From NCBI GenBank assembly GCA_002633005.1, contig NMRA01000987.1, forward strand, positions 8,291 through 72,290: a stretch of DNA of 64,000 nt, read 5' to 3'. Made by a program: the position numbers and the translations under genes. This document shows, one piece after another, positions 63,708-64,000 of this stretch. This DNA is from Phoronis australis (Eukaryota; Animalia; Phoronida). The notes beneath the pieces were generated by a model. The model made no database searches. It saw only the letters and a program-made list of their open reading frames with translations, and was not told the DNA's origin. The stretch's first letter is position 1, and the number at the start of each line of letters is the position of its first letter.

Positions 63708-64000
63708 TAACAATTCGTACGTGGTCCTTCACACTATTGCAACTAATGCCAGCTCCAACACTCGCTACTTCAAACAAAGACGAAACCGCAGGTGCTTGAA
63801 ATGCAATAACCCACTTCTATACCATCACCATCACCACGACTACCACACGTTGCATGCAGTACAATGCTGTGGTGGAGATATACACTTGGAACGCCAGTGA
63901 ATAAGACAATTTTTATATAATCAAACACTCCAAAATTACTGCCTGTGCCTTCCAGCCCAGACAGAATACAACGACCGTGGAAAATTGGAAATGTTCCAGC

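Noticed and set aside
63625-63900. ORF with a His-rich stretch
   Set aside because: It starts within a MITE copy, is antisense to a GABBR1 intron, and comes from a CAC/CAT low-complexity tract.

Overview
This is AT-rich, intron-containing eukaryotic (metazoan, probably marine invertebrate) genomic DNA, so most ORFs in the track are spurious. Splicing by hand on GT-AG boundaries gives four host genes: urate oxidase (UOX, +, 8 coding exons, 306 aa, ending in peroxisomal SKL), SNAPIN (-, 4 exons, 136 aa), delta-aminolevulinate dehydratase (ALAD, +, 8 exons, 334 aa, head-to-head with SNAPIN), and the 3' half of a GABA-B receptor subunit 1 gene (-). The last three GABBR1 exons appear twice on either side of an N, most likely two haplotypes joined in the assembly. 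The standout is a TIR-bounded ~6.4-kb hAT DNA transposon (2629-9013). Its 3-exon gene encodes a ~1123-aa protein in which an OTU/vertnin-like cysteine-protease domain with intact catalytic motifs, split by a 2.1-kb intron, and a canonical PIP box precede a TTF-zinc-finger DDE transposase. The rest is dense in non-autonomous elements: MITEs (several with 5-bp TSDs), Helentron-like repeats, a decayed Academ-like element, a tRNA-derived head and minisatellites.
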